A program made the translations under genes and the position numbers. Shown here one piece after another: positions 49,259 to 58,077 of a DNA stretch of 64,000 bases. The stretch covers positions 1 through 64,000 of the IMG/VR virus record IMGVR_UViG_3300042010_000106, one strand, 5' to 3'. How positions within the stretch are numbered: the first letter of the stretch is position 1; each line of letters starts with the position of its first letter. The notes below the pieces were generated by a model, which had not been told where the DNA came from, ran no database searches, and saw only the letters and a list, made by a program, of their open reading frames with translations.

Positions 49259-49609
49259 ATGGCTGCTAAATTGTCCGTTGTTGGTAAAACCGAACGTAAC
49301 CTCGACACCGTTTTCCCGTTTCTGGAATTCGAAGAAAAAGACGACACCGAGGAAGTCATGCTCGCGCTGAAGCAGGAATACAATTTCAGCGAGTACGACG
49401 GTGCGAACACCCTCACGCGGGGCGGTGAAGATTTCAATCTGGAACTGCGAACGGATCACAACGAGCTAGGGCACCGAGTTTTTAAAGCCGTGCTGGTAAC
49501 GTACTGCCCTTTGAACGAACACGGTTCGGAATACAACCTGTGCCCGCACGCAGCGCTGGCAGAACTTGCGGGCCTGCTTAAACCGGCCACACGGGCACGC
49601 CGCAAGTAA
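49259..49609 (+). CDS. hypothetical protein
   Basis: tiling ORF. Confidence 0.7.
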   Translation: MAAKLSVVGKTERNLDTVFPFLEFEEKDDTEEVMLALKQEYNFSEYDGANTLTRGGEDFNLELRTDHNELGHRVFKAVLVTYCPLNEHGSEYNLCPHAALAELAGLLKPATRARRK

Positions 49610-49631
49610 TCCACAGGCAACACAAACCATT

Positions 49632-49660
49632 AAGGGCGCTTCGGTGCCCTTTTTGTTTTT
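49632..49660 (+). terminator. intrinsic terminator (UUCG loop)
   Basis: AAGGGCGC-TTCG-GTGCCCTTTTTGTTTTT. Confidence 0.9.
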
Positions 49661-49670
49661 ATAAAACCGC

Positions 49671-49761
49671 TTGACGTAATGAACCCGGTTCTGTAGTTTT
49701 GGTTCCAGATCGGCAATTATGCCTGTAGAACTTAGAACTCACGGATAAAGGTAAGTTAACC
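49671..49761 (+). promoter_or_regulatory. sigma70-type promoter + conserved leader, copy 2
   Basis: TTGACG-17-TAGTTT-5-CCAGATCGGCAATTATGCC...AACTCACGGATAAAGGTAAGTT. Confidence 0.85.
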
Positions 49762-49995
49762 ATGAACACAGACGGTGCAAAGATTTACCCGACTCGCGCA
49801 AAACAAGTGACGACGTTAATCGGTTGCCCGCATTTGGAATTGGTGCAGGGCGTTGGTTACTGGTATTTCGTATACGATGACCAGCGCGGCAAATATGAAA
49901 CGCATTCTGTTCAAGTCCTGCGTCTGAATCATCTGTCGATGGTTGAGTGGATTGCAGAAGGCAAAGAATTCGTCTCCACATTTGAGGGCAAGTGA
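49762..49995 (+). CDS. hypothetical early protein
   Basis: first gene after leader 2. Confidence 0.7.
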   Translation: MNTDGAKIYPTRAKQVTTLIGCPHLELVQGVGYWYFVYDDQRGKYETHSVQVLRLNHLSMVEWIAEGKEFVSTFEGK

Positions 49996-49996
49996 A

Positions 49997-50269
49997 ATGG
50001 AATATGTTCTATACATTGTAGGAGGCGCAATTGCCTCTTACATGATTGGCGGCGCTTTTCTGCTTACCTGCGTAATCCTTTACGTCAAAGGAACGCCAAA
50101 CAATCCAGAACACGCCCGCCTGCTTATGATGTACAGCGAATGCTTACCGAAAGGAAAAGCCTACATCTGGCTTGTGGCAATCTGGTACACGGTTTTCTGC
50201 TGGGCGCCTATCGCGTTCGGCTGGATGAAAACGCCGACTGAACTTCTCAACTGGAAGAAAGAAAAATGA
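49997..50269 (+). CDS. two-TM membrane protein
   Basis: GAGG SD; hydrophobic segments. Confidence 0.7.
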   Translation: MEYVLYIVGGAIASYMIGGAFLLTCVILYVKGTPNNPEHARLLMMYSECLPKGKAYIWLVAIWYTVFCWAPIAFGWMKTPTELLNWKKEK

Positions 50270-50538
50270 AACTGGCCCTACTCGCAATCCTGTTCGTTCC
50301 CTTTCTGGCGTCCGCTGCAACTTCTGCCCCGGCACAACCTGAACCGGCTAAAGTGGTTTCGGAACTGATCGTGGGTGAACAGGCGGTGCTGACCTACTTC
50401 AACGAAACCACGGAACAGGTTTGTACCTACGCGGCTTCGATAAACAGTACCGCGCCGTCGCTTACCTGCGTTTCGATCTATACGCTTTCTGACGATGCCC
50501 AACAAAACGTTAGGGATCGCGCCGCAGCCTTTAGATAA
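50266..50538 (+). CDS. secreted protein with signal peptide
   Basis: MKLALLAILFVPFLASA-A. Confidence 0.7.
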   Translation: MKLALLAILFVPFLASAATSAPAQPEPAKVVSELIVGEQAVLTYFNETTEQVCTYAASINSTAPSLTCVSIYTLSDDAQQNVRDRAAAFR

Positions 50539-50581
50539 ACCTTTTTAGCCGTTCGCCCATAAGGGAGCGGCTAATGGGGTT
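50538..50581 (+). other. long hairpin (GTTC..GAGC family, RNase III-like variant)
   Basis: AACCTTTTTAGCCGTTC...GAGCGGCTAATGGGGTT. Confidence 0.5.
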
Positions 50582-50610
50582 GGCCTAAAAAGTTTTTTTT
50601 GGTAAACCGG

Positions 50611-50701
50611 TTGACACTAACGCGCCTCTAAGGCAACATTGATTCCAGATCGGCAATTACGCCCATCAACATTTGAACTCACGGATCTAAGGAAGTTAAT
50701 C
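50611..50701 (+). promoter_or_regulatory. sigma70-type promoter + conserved leader, copy 3
   Basis: TTGACA-17-CAACAT-5-CCAGATCGGCAATTACGCC...AACTCACGGATCTAAGGAAGTT. Confidence 0.85.
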
Positions 50702-52096
50702 ATGACTACTCGCACTAACGCTCTGCTGAACGCCGCTATCACCGCTCTGGTTGCTCAAGTTGCCATCGCGAAAAAAGCCGGTATCGAAACTTTGGGCCTC
50801 GGCTCCGAAATTCTGCCGGGTGTGAAATTCCGCGACCTGAAAAACTGGCTGAAGGAAAACGGTGCATCGGCTCACGTCGAAACCAAACCAGTTGCAAAAG
50901 TGGCTGCAAGCGCAAAAGCCGTTTCGACTGCAAAAGCTGTCGGCAAGGCAATCGACAAAGTTGTGGCGAAAGATGCCGCGCCTGAATTCACCACTTCGGA
51001 ACTGAAAGGTTCTGACCTGCTGATCGGCCGCGTCAAAGACAAAATCGCCAGCGTCGTTAAATCGCCTGAAGGCGTGCGAGTAGCCGTGACCGAAAACGGT
51101 CTGCGTATCCCGGTTGTAATGCTGGAGCGCAACAACCGTGGCAACCTGCGCACTGTTGCCGAATTCGATCCAAAAGCACCGGCTACCAAAACCGCTGCCA
51201 AGGCCACTGCAAAAGCTGAAGTGAAAGCACCGGCTGCAAAAGCTGCCCATAAAGCAGAAGGCCGTGAACTGGTTTCGCGTATCAGCTCCAATCTGGTCAG
51301 CGCGATTTACAACCGCGACGAAAAAACCCTGACCGTGACTTTCAAGTCGGGCGCTGTATGGCAGTACGAAAACGTTGGTATCCGTGAAGCTAACGCGATG
51401 GCTAAAGAAGAATCGCACGGCAAATATTTCACCGCCAACATCAAAAACGTGAAAGAAGGCAAATGCCTCGTTCGCGGTGACAAAGCCCCGGCCAAAACCG
51501 TTGCTGAAGCTCCTGTGAAAGCGCCTGCTGCAAAAGCCGCTGCTGTTAAAGTGGTTGCCGGTGCCAAGCCTGTAGACGAAGCCAACGAACTGAAGGCTAC
51601 CGAAGTTCGCGGTCACACTGTTTTGAACGGTCGCACTAAAGAAGTCGTAGAGCGTGTGGTTCGCAACAAAGAAACCCAACGTCGCGAAGTCGTTTGCGAA
51701 TCCGGCGCACGTTTCCCGCTGGCAATGATTGCAAACGTGAAAGGCAAACTGCGCGTTATCGAAGTTGCTGAAACCGTTGCACCTGTAACCGCAAAAGGTG
51801 GCGCTGTGAAAAAGGCCACTGCTGCAAAAGCTGAAGTTGCACCGAAAGCAGAATCGACTAACCGTCGCGCCGCTTTCAGCGTTCCAAAAATCAGCGAAGT
51901 GCGCGGCGCAACTTTCACCGTGAACAAAGGCAGCAAGTCGAAAGAAGTAACCGCCAAGAAAATCGTTACCCGCGACGAAGTGCGCAAGGTAATCACTGAA
52001 AACGGCGGCGAGCTGAACTTCGACGACCTGTCGATTTCCGAAGGCGTGCTGCACTTCACCGGTAAGCTGATGGCTTCCGACTTCCACGCGCTGTAA
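50702..52096 (+). CDS. KTSC-domain, Ala/Lys-rich repeat protein (putative nucleic-acid-binding)
   Basis: SSNLVSAIYN....TLTVTFKSGAVWQYENV......M....S.GKYF..NIKN = KTSC; AK-rich linkers; strong codon bias. Confidence 0.85.
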   Translation: MTTRTNALLNAAITALVAQVAIAKKAGIETLGLGSEILPGVKFRDLKNWLKENGASAHVETKPVAKVAASAKAVSTAKAVGKAIDKVVAKDAAPEFTTSELKGSDLLIGRVKDKIASVVKSPEGVRVAVTENGLRIPVVMLERNNRGNLRTVAEFDPKAPATKTAAKATAKAEVKAPAAKAAHKAEGRELVSRISSNLVSAIYNRDEKTLTVTFKSGAVWQYENVGIREANAMAKEESHGKYFTANIKNVKEGKCLVRGDKAPAKTVAEAPVKAPAAKAAAVKVVAGAKPVDEANELKATEVRGHTVLNGRTKEVVERVVRNKETQRREVVCESGARFPLAMIANVKGKLRVIEVAETVAPVTAKGGAVKKATAAKAEVAPKAESTNRRAAFSVPKISEVRGATFTVNKGSKSKEVTAKKIVTRDEVRKVITENGGELNFDDLSISEGVLHFTGKLMASDFHAL

Positions 52097-52118
52097 CAGC
52101 AGAACGCGGAAAATTAAA

Positions 52119-52149
52119 ACCCCGGCCTAAAAAACCGGGGTATGTTTTT
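52119..52149 (+). terminator. intrinsic terminator
   Basis: ACCCCGG...CCGGGGT ATGTTTTT. Confidence 0.7.
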
Positions 52150-52193
52150 ATCTGGCCCAAACAATTCCGTTTGGCATGCAAGGAGGACGCACG

Positions 52194-52553
52194 ATGAAAA
52201 TCAAAAAACGGCTAGGCATTCCGTTGTGTCGGCAATGCAACTGCTACCACACGCTAAGCTGCGAGAATGTGTTTGCGGATTCGCCCGCCGACGTATTCAG
52301 CAAAAAGTTCTGGAACGTGGTAAATCAGATTTTGTTCCTGAACATGATGTTGATCATTCTGCATTTTGTGTCCTACCCGATTACGGGTGTTTTGGTTTGG
52401 CTGTTCTGGCCTGACGACGGGGCGTTTCCCGGCAACACAAAAGCCGCGCTGATATTCGTCACCGGCCACGTTCTAACCGCGTTGATGATTTACTGCATCA
52501 TGCAGCGCAAAAAGTGGTTCCCTGCATACTTCGGTAAGGTGCATTTCCAATGA
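52194..52553 (+). CDS. membrane protein
   Basis: AGGAGG SD; TM segments; N-terminal Cys cluster. Confidence 0.7.
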   Translation: MKIKKRLGIPLCRQCNCYHTLSCENVFADSPADVFSKKFWNVVNQILFLNMMLIILHFVSYPITGVLVWLFWPDDGAFPGNTKAALIFVTGHVLTALMIYCIMQRKKWFPAYFGKVHFQ

Positions 52554-52804
52554 GCGGCGAAATGATCGTAATCAGCGTTATGAACGCGGTGCTGTTCCTG
52601 ATTTCCATTCTGTATTTCCGCAACGGTAAAAAGGCGTACGCAGCGGCTACGGCCCGCCACGCTGAAAACATGACGGCACTTGATAAAATCATTGCCGAAG
52701 CTACAGCGGTGAATATCAAGCACAAAGAAATCGGCGAGCTGTTGACCGAAGTGCAAGAACTGGCCGAAGACATCAAAAACGGGAAGGTGAAGTATGTTCC
52801 ATAA
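52550..52804 (+). CDS. membrane-anchored coiled-coil protein
   Basis: N-terminal TM. Confidence 0.7.
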   Translation: MSGEMIVISVMNAVLFLISILYFRNGKKAYAAATARHAENMTALDKIIAEATAVNIKHKEIGELLTEVQELAEDIKNGKVKYVP

Positions 52805-53144
52805 GCCGAAGGATTTAACCAAAGATCCAATGGACGTTTTTGTTGTGCAGGAAAATCAGTTGGTGCTAATCGACGGTTTTCTTTTCAGAGTCGAGTACCC
52901 ATCGCAAACGGGCGAATGGAAAGACCACGTGTACTTCACGCAGGTTGATCCTGAAGGCAAAAACGTTGAGCGCGCCGGTACTGACGAAAGCGATTACGAA
53001 TGCGTGCACGTGCGTTTGTACAAGCCCGGTGACAAGAAGCACGGTAACGCGATTGTCAGTCGCCTTGATTGGTCGGACGCGTTGAACAACCGCCAGAACA
53101 GCCGCCCGTGTTGGGAACAGTTTCTGTCCTACGAGATTCGTTAA
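52794..53144 (+). CDS. hypothetical protein
   Basis: AGGTG SD. Confidence 0.7.
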   Translation: MFHKPKDLTKDPMDVFVVQENQLVLIDGFLFRVEYPSQTGEWKDHVYFTQVDPEGKNVERAGTDESDYECVHVRLYKPGDKKHGNAIVSRLDWSDALNNRQNSRPCWEQFLSYEIR

Positions 53145-53177
53145 ACTGTAAAGGTACAGTGAAAACTTACCGAGGAT

Positions 53178-53459
53178 ATGAACGTGGATATTTTAGACCC
53201 GCAAGTTGGTGACACTCACGTTGTAGGTGACGTTACGTTTCGCGTGAAATCCGTTGTACAGGATTCCGTCGAATACGAAATCATCGAGGGTAAAGCAGAC
53301 AGCGCTAAACTGGAATCGCTGTTTCAAATCATGGCCCAAGAATGGTTCAACGCGTTGCCACCTCTGAATCAATTCCTGATGCAGAATCCCAACGGCGGAA
53401 AATTCAACGTCAAAGCAAACACAAACGTTAAGGGTGATTCAAATGCCATGGAATCCTGA
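53178..53459 (+). CDS. hypothetical protein
   Basis: GAGGA SD. Confidence 0.7.
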   Translation: MNVDILDPQVGDTHVVGDVTFRVKSVVQDSVEYEIIEGKADSAKLESLFQIMAQEWFNALPPLNQFLMQNPNGGKFNVKANTNVKGDSNAMES

Positions 53460-53961
53460 ACTAGAACAACAACTGATTGAACTGACGTTGCTCGACGAAG
53501 TTACGCGCAAGACAATCAAGTTTCTGACGGCAGCGCGCAAGGCTGAAATGTCACCGCAAGAATTGTCGTCAACCATCACCAGCCGTAACCGCTGGCAAGA
53601 CAGCACAATCAAACGTGCTCAGGAATGGGCCACGTTCCACAACGGTACTCTGAAAGCGCACAAGGCCCACGAAGACGGAATCGTTTACGCGTGGGACATT
53701 TTGATTCCACTCAATAGCAAATACAAATTGCTGATTGAAGTGGATCGCACCGAAGACGTGGAACACTGGACTGACCCGCTGCTGATGCAGGCGCGTGTTT
53801 ATTCCGGCCCGCGTAAGAAAGATGATCGGTTCGGTCGCTACATCACGCAAGGCTTCACAGAGCTTTCGCGTAAGGATCATTTGAAAGCGCTGTTGAAAAC
53901 GGCAAACGAATACATTGCACCACCTGCGCCGGTAAAGAAAGCCGCTAAGAAGCGGGGCTAA
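53443..53961 (+). CDS. hypothetical protein
   Basis: AAGGGTG SD. Confidence 0.7.
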   Translation: MPWNPELEQQLIELTLLDEVTRKTIKFLTAARKAEMSPQELSSTITSRNRWQDSTIKRAQEWATFHNGTLKAHKAHEDGIVYAWDILIPLNSKYKLLIEVDRTEDVEHWTDPLLMQARVYSGPRKKDDRFGRYITQGFTELSRKDHLKALLKTANEYIAPPAPVKKAAKKRG

Positions 53962-53963
53962 TC

Positions 53964-54380
53964 ATGGGCGCTGGAATTGTTGGTGTAAGCGTCAAACGGA
54001 AACTGCCCGACATTGTGTTGAACCCGGAAATCATTTTGACGATTGCTGTAGGCTCACGCGTTTTGTTCAAAGGTGTTGAGTGCGTTGTAGAAGGTTGCCC
54101 CGACTCTGAGGAAATTTGGTTCACCACTGTTGATTCTCGCGTAGCGGAATACAACGCGCTGATGGAAGAATTTCTGAACGGCGATTATTTCGCTGACGGG
54201 ATGCACCCCAACTACCGCTCCTTTGTGCAACACGTTCGCGTACCGCACCACGTTGTAAATGATGAACCCGGTAAAAGCACAAAACGTAATCGGTGGGGAA
54301 TCGGTTTTCACACGCACACACGCGCAGTGAATAAACGTGCCCTGTTCCGAAACGTAATCGACCAGTGCGAAATCAAATAA
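53964..54380 (+). CDS. hypothetical protein
   Basis: tiling ORF. Confidence 0.7.
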   Translation: MGAGIVGVSVKRKLPDIVLNPEIILTIAVGSRVLFKGVECVVEGCPDSEEIWFTTVDSRVAEYNALMEEFLNGDYFADGMHPNYRSFVQHVRVPHHVVNDEPGKSTKRNRWGIGFHTHTRAVNKRALFRNVIDQCEIK

Positions 54381-54385
54381 CCCAC

Positions 54386-54423
54386 AAGGCTCCTTTCCAT
54401 TTGGTTAGGGGCCTTTTTCGTTT
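54386..54423 (+). terminator. intrinsic terminator
   Basis: AAGGCTCCT...AGGGGCCTTTTTCGTTT. Confidence 0.75.
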
Positions 54424-54465
54424 CTCAAGGGTAGAGACACTAAAACCACTTAAAGGAATAACACC

Positions 54466-54924
54466 ATGGGCCTCGCCTCTTCGATTTCCAGTTTGTACTT
54501 TGTCACCTGCACACTCGGCGGCGTTTGCAACGAACAACGCAGCGTAGACTTTATCGAACTGGCACAAAACAAACCGGTACAGTCCTGCGAAACATTTTCG
54601 AAGGCGCGCCCGGTCACAGAAGAATTTGCCCTGTTCGCAAAAGCTGAAGGATACAAAGTCAGCCTGCGTTGCGATTCGAATACAGAAGGCAAAGTCAAAG
54701 CTACTGACGCGACAGCAGTTGCGTACATGACTTCCTGCGGGCCGAAAGATTGCACCACGGATAAACTGGCGATGTTCAACGACGGGAATACCGACGTTAC
54801 AAAAACCTTGGACGACTGCGACAGCGCCGCCGAACTTCTGGCTAAGCCGTTCGTGGTAAAACGGAAAGCACAGGGCTACACCAAGTTTTCCTATAGCTGC
54901 TTCCCAACGGCGGAAACCCAATAA
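54466..54924 (+). CDS. Cys-rich protein, possibly exported
   Basis: AAGGA SD; two similar C..C halves; flanked by terminators. Confidence 0.7.
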   Translation: MGLASSISSLYFVTCTLGGVCNEQRSVDFIELAQNKPVQSCETFSKARPVTEEFALFAKAEGYKVSLRCDSNTEGKVKATDATAVAYMTSCGPKDCTTDKLAMFNDGNTDVTKTLDDCDSAAELLAKPFVVKRKAQGYTKFSYSCFPTAETQ

Positions 54925-54960
54925 GGCGCCTGAACGCCTGTAACCGTTTCAAAACCACGT

Positions 54961-54996
54961 AAGGCCCTTTGCCCTAATAGGCACGGGGCCTTTTTT
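54961..54996 (+). terminator. intrinsic terminator
   Basis: AAGGCCCT..TGCC..GGCA..GGGGCCTTTTTT. Confidence 0.85.
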
Positions 54997-55049
54997 CGTT
55001 TGGGCCTATAGCGTTCTATAAGGGGCCTAGCCCCGTTTGGTTTTGGTTG

Positions 55050-55140
55050 TTGACTCTAAACGGTTCCTTTGAGATAGTGGCAACCAGATCGGCGATTTCG
55101 CCATTAAGATTACCCACTCACGGATCAAGGGAAGTTTAGA
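55050..55140 (+). promoter_or_regulatory. sigma70-type promoter + conserved leader, copy 4
   Basis: TTGACT-17-GATAGT-5-CCAGATCGGCGATTTCGCC...CACTCACGGATCAAGGGAAGTT. Confidence 0.85.
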
Positions 55141-55365
55141 ATGAAGCGCTTCGGCACCTTTAACGTCAGCCTGCAAATCATCAACGACAAAACCGGCGCT
55201 GCCGTTTCGAAAACCATGCAAGACACTTTTGCATACGAAGACATGACCGACGCCAAGGAATACTTTTCCAGCGACCGTTATCTGGAACGCGTACTGTCTA
55301 CAAAGATTCCTGTTCAACTTCGTCGTCACGTACGTTTGCAAACCAGCAACGTCGCCCACGTTTAA
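55141..55365 (+). CDS. hypothetical early protein
   Basis: first gene after leader 4. Confidence 0.7.
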   Translation: MKRFGTFNVSLQIINDKTGAAVSKTMQDTFAYEDMTDAKEYFSSDRYLERVLSTKIPVQLRRHVRLQTSNVAHV

Positions 55366-55396
55366 ATCGACCTCACTCAATTCAAGGAAACTGTAA

Positions 55397-55537
55397 ATGA
55401 ACATCACCACCATGACCGGTCACATTGCTGAACTCGCTGTACTCGCTGCATTCCTGTTTTGCTTGGGCGTGCCGACCTACATCGAAATGCGCAAGAAAGC
55501 CCGCGCACCGAAACCAACTGGCGCCACCAAAATCTGA
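55397..55537 (+). CDS. 46-aa single-TM protein
   Basis: AAGGA SD; ELAVLAAFLFCLGVPTY then basic tail. Confidence 0.6.
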   Translation: MNITTMTGHIAELAVLAAFLFCLGVPTYIEMRKKARAPKPTGATKI

Positions 55538-55545
55538 GGTGCAAC

Positions 55546-55749
55546 ATGTTTGACGCAATCGAATCACATTGCATTGACGGCACCACACTAGTGTCGCTGC
55601 ATCTGCCTGATGATTACCACGTTCTGTACGGTTTCGTTTTTGCGGACGACGTAGAGAACCACGAAATCCCCGGCGAAGTTTATACCGCTCGCGTAGACGC
55701 ATGGGATGCAGCGGAAACAGAATTTGAGTACACGTCGCATTCGTGCTGA
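55546..55749 (+). CDS. hypothetical acidic protein
   Basis: GAGGT SD. Confidence 0.65.
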   Translation: MFDAIESHCIDGTTLVSLHLPDDYHVLYGFVFADDVENHEIPGEVYTARVDAWDAAETEFEYTSHSC

Positions 55750-55752
55750 TGT

Positions 55753-55790
55753 TTCACTCATGACCGTTCTACAGAGCGAGTCATGGGGAA
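55753..55790 (+). other. putative RNase III processing hairpin
   Basis: TTCACTCATGACCG-TTC-TACA-GAG-CGAGTCATGGGGAA. Confidence 0.6.
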
Positions 55791-55824
55791 GCTAAGTTAA
55801 AATCAAGGTACAAGGAAAACCGAA

Positions 55825-56058
55825 GTGACAAAGGAACCGCGTTGGTCTGTAACCGATTTGGCAGGCCACAAAAAAGTAAAAGCCTCACTGCTTTACGTAC
55901 GTGCGAAGAAAACCCCGCTGCCTACGCCGCTGGATGAAACGCGCACGGTTTTCAACGCTACCAAATCCCGCGCAGCGGCTGCGCGTTATGCCCGTTCCGA
56001 ACTGCTGGCATGGTTTGAAACCATCGACGCAATCAAACACGTTAAGAGGATCGCATGA
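55825..56058 (+). CDS. hypothetical basic protein
   Basis: AAGGA SD. Confidence 0.7.
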   Translation: MTKEPRWSVTDLAGHKKVKASLLYVRAKKTPLPTPLDETRTVFNATKSRAAAARYARSELLAWFETIDAIKHVKRIA

Positions 56059-56375
56059 AACGTTTAATGCTGCTGTGTGCTGTGTTGTCGCTTACCGCCT
56101 GTGACTGGATGGAAAGCCCGGTGGTGCATTCGTACCAAACGAACACGTACCGCGTTGTAGAAATCAATCGCCCTAAACATTTCCGCGTTGTGCTGGAAAA
56201 CGTGAAGACAGGCGAGCGACGGAAAGTCAGTGTGTCGAAACACTGCAACCGCTGGAGGGAATTGCAAATGGGTACGCAGTTCACTTTCAACGAAGTGACG
56301 TACGTATACCCGAAGAAGCAAACGTACTTCACGCAGCTTCAAAACACACGAATCATTTGCCCCGGAAATACATAA
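56055..56375 (+). CDS. putative lipoprotein
   Basis: MKRLMLLCAVLSLTA-C lipobox. Confidence 0.75.
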   Translation: MKRLMLLCAVLSLTACDWMESPVVHSYQTNTYRVVEINRPKHFRVVLENVKTGERRKVSVSKHCNRWRELQMGTQFTFNEVTYVYPKKQTYFTQLQNTRIICPGNT

Positions 56376-56376
56376 A

Positions 56377-56523
56377 ATGGAATTGAACACAGCGAATATC
56401 AAAACCAAAGAACAGGCGCTGGCCTTCGCGCAGAAACGCGTGAATAGCTACAGCGTTGTTCAAGTCTGCTACGACGACCGCCCGCGCTATGCGTGGGGGC
56501 CTTGGGTTGTCTTCTACGGGTAA
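56377..56523 (+). CDS. 48-aa hypothetical protein
   Basis: fills gap; below track cutoff. Confidence 0.6.
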   Translation: MELNTANIKTKEQALAFAQKRVNSYSVVQVCYDDRPRYAWGPWVVFYG

Positions 56524-56532
56524 GGAGAAAAC

Positions 56533-56760
56533 ATGTTCGACAAAGAAGAATTGACCGAAGAACAAATCTGTTGGGCATGGCTGGCTGATCATGAAAACGT
56601 CGCCAGCGCGTCTAGCGATTTTCACATGTTCCGCGTTACATGGTACGTTGACGGTTTCGGGCGTTGCGAAACAAAAGCACCGACGCTGTTGGCTGCTGTC
56701 AAAAGCGCGATGACAACCACCTTCACAGCAACTGAATATTTTCCGGGTAAGGAGAAATAG
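56533..56760 (+). CDS. hypothetical protein
   Basis: AAGGAG SD. Confidence 0.7.
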   Translation: MFDKEELTEEQICWAWLADHENVASASSDFHMFRVTWYVDGFGRCETKAPTLLAAVKSAMTTTFTATEYFPGKEK

Positions 56761-56761
56761 C

Positions 56762-57022
56762 ATGGGCCAAAATATTGCGTACTACAATCGCGTTCGTGAA
56801 TTCGAAGCCGGTTGGGGAAATCGCCCTGACGGTTTTCTGGTAGCCAAGACGAAAGAGCAATTCAACGACAAGGCCAAGGAAATCAAAGCGGCGGGTTCTT
56901 ACGCTGAATTTAGCACGGTCGAAGGCGAACCGATTCTGTGTCTGGTTACTGACGACATGGCCGCACAACTGGAAGCCAAAGGCACTGTCTGGCTGAACAG
57001 TAAAGATTGGTTAGTGGAATAA
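56762..57022 (+). CDS. hypothetical protein
   Basis: AAGGAG SD; E.E.GWG.RPDG motif. Confidence 0.75.
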   Translation: MGQNIAYYNRVREFEAGWGNRPDGFLVAKTKEQFNDKAKEIKAAGSYAEFSTVEGEPILCLVTDDMAAQLEAKGTVWLNSKDWLVE

Positions 57023-57025
57023 CAT

Positions 57026-57062
57026 TTCACTCTTACCAGTTCTAACGAGCTGGTAAGGGGAA
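57026..57062 (+). other. putative RNase III processing hairpin
   Basis: TTCACTCTTACCAG-TTC-TAAC-GAG-CTGGTAAGGGGAA. Confidence 0.6.
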
Positions 57063-57098
57063 GTTAAATAAACAACCAACTAAAGGAAATTCACTGTA

Positions 57099-57281
57099 AT
57101 GAAAGATCAACTGAATACCGAAATCGAAAACGGCGACCTCGTTGCGTTGACCGACAGTTCCCACAATCTGTACACGGGCACGGTCACGAAAGTTACAGCG
57201 AAGGTAATTCACATCGGGCCTGCTTGCTATCGCCGCCCTAATGGCGTGATAGTGCTGAAGAAGCGCAGCGCCCAACAGTAA
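57099..57281 (+). CDS. small SH3/KOW-like protein
   Basis: D....I..GD.V......L..G.V.K.T.K pattern. Confidence 0.7.
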   Translation: MKDQLNTEIENGDLVALTDSSHNLYTGTVTKVTAKVIHIGPACYRRPNGVIVLKKRSAQQ

Positions 57282-57292
57282 GGAAATTCATC

Positions 57293-57610
57293 GTGGCCTA
57301 CATCGTAATCAAACGCGGTAAGTTTCTTACAGGCAGCAGTTATTGCACTGGCTTCCCTGAACGCTTTTTCTGGTCATTCAAAGAATCGGATGCACGTCGA
57401 TTCAGCGACGACCACAAGGTGTACGCGGAACAAGCCGCTAGGCAGACTGGTGGCCGTGTAGAGAAACGCACGAACACAAAACTGGAACTGCGTGCACTTG
57501 GGCGCGTCCGCATGCAAGAACGCGAAAGGGAATTGGAACGCGCAGAAGAAAACAAGCGCGCCAACGACCGACATTTAGAATGGGTGGCATCATGCGTATT
57601 GGCGAGCTGA
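57293..57610 (+). CDS. hypothetical protein
   Basis: AAGGA SD. Confidence 0.7.
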   Translation: MAYIVIKRGKFLTGSSYCTGFPERFFWSFKESDARRFSDDHKVYAEQAARQTGGRVEKRTNTKLELRALGRVRMQERERELERAEENKRANDRHLEWVASCVLAS

Positions 57611-58029
57611 TTCATAAAGCAAAATGGTTTTTGTTGGCGACTGCTGTAGCGCCATCGTTCATCTGGAATATCAACGTCGGTGTACGCTTCAGCAAAGAAG
57701 TTCGCGACTTGAAAAAACTGGTGAAAGGTTTTCAGGACGCGTACTCACTTCAGTGCAAAATTGAAGGTACGAAAAACTACCAGCGTCTGCGCGTGCGTCA
57801 TGAGACGTACGAAGGTTCCCGGTTCGGTTTGATCCACGACCTCATTATCGAGGACAGAGATTTCTGGCTGGGCACCATTCGCGTTATTGTGGACGCTGAA
57901 CGAATCAACGGCACGCCGAAAATGAAATACACCAAAAGCTACATGGTGCAAAACATGGGCGAGCATTTCAAAGAGTGCGAAAGCGTTGCCGACGCAATCC
58001 AGAAATTGGATAGCATCAAATTCTCCTAA
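57592..58029 (+). CDS. hypothetical protein
   Basis: tiling ORF. Confidence 0.65.
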   Translation: MRIGELIHKAKWFLLATAVAPSFIWNINVGVRFSKEVRDLKKLVKGFQDAYSLQCKIEGTKNYQRLRVRHETYEGSRFGLIHDLIIEDRDFWLGTIRVIVDAERINGTPKMKYTKSYMVQNMGEHFKECESVADAIQKLDSIKFS

Positions 58030-58077
58030 CGCACAGGCCCTTCGGGGCCATTGTGCTTTCCAGCGTAGGAGGTTTTT

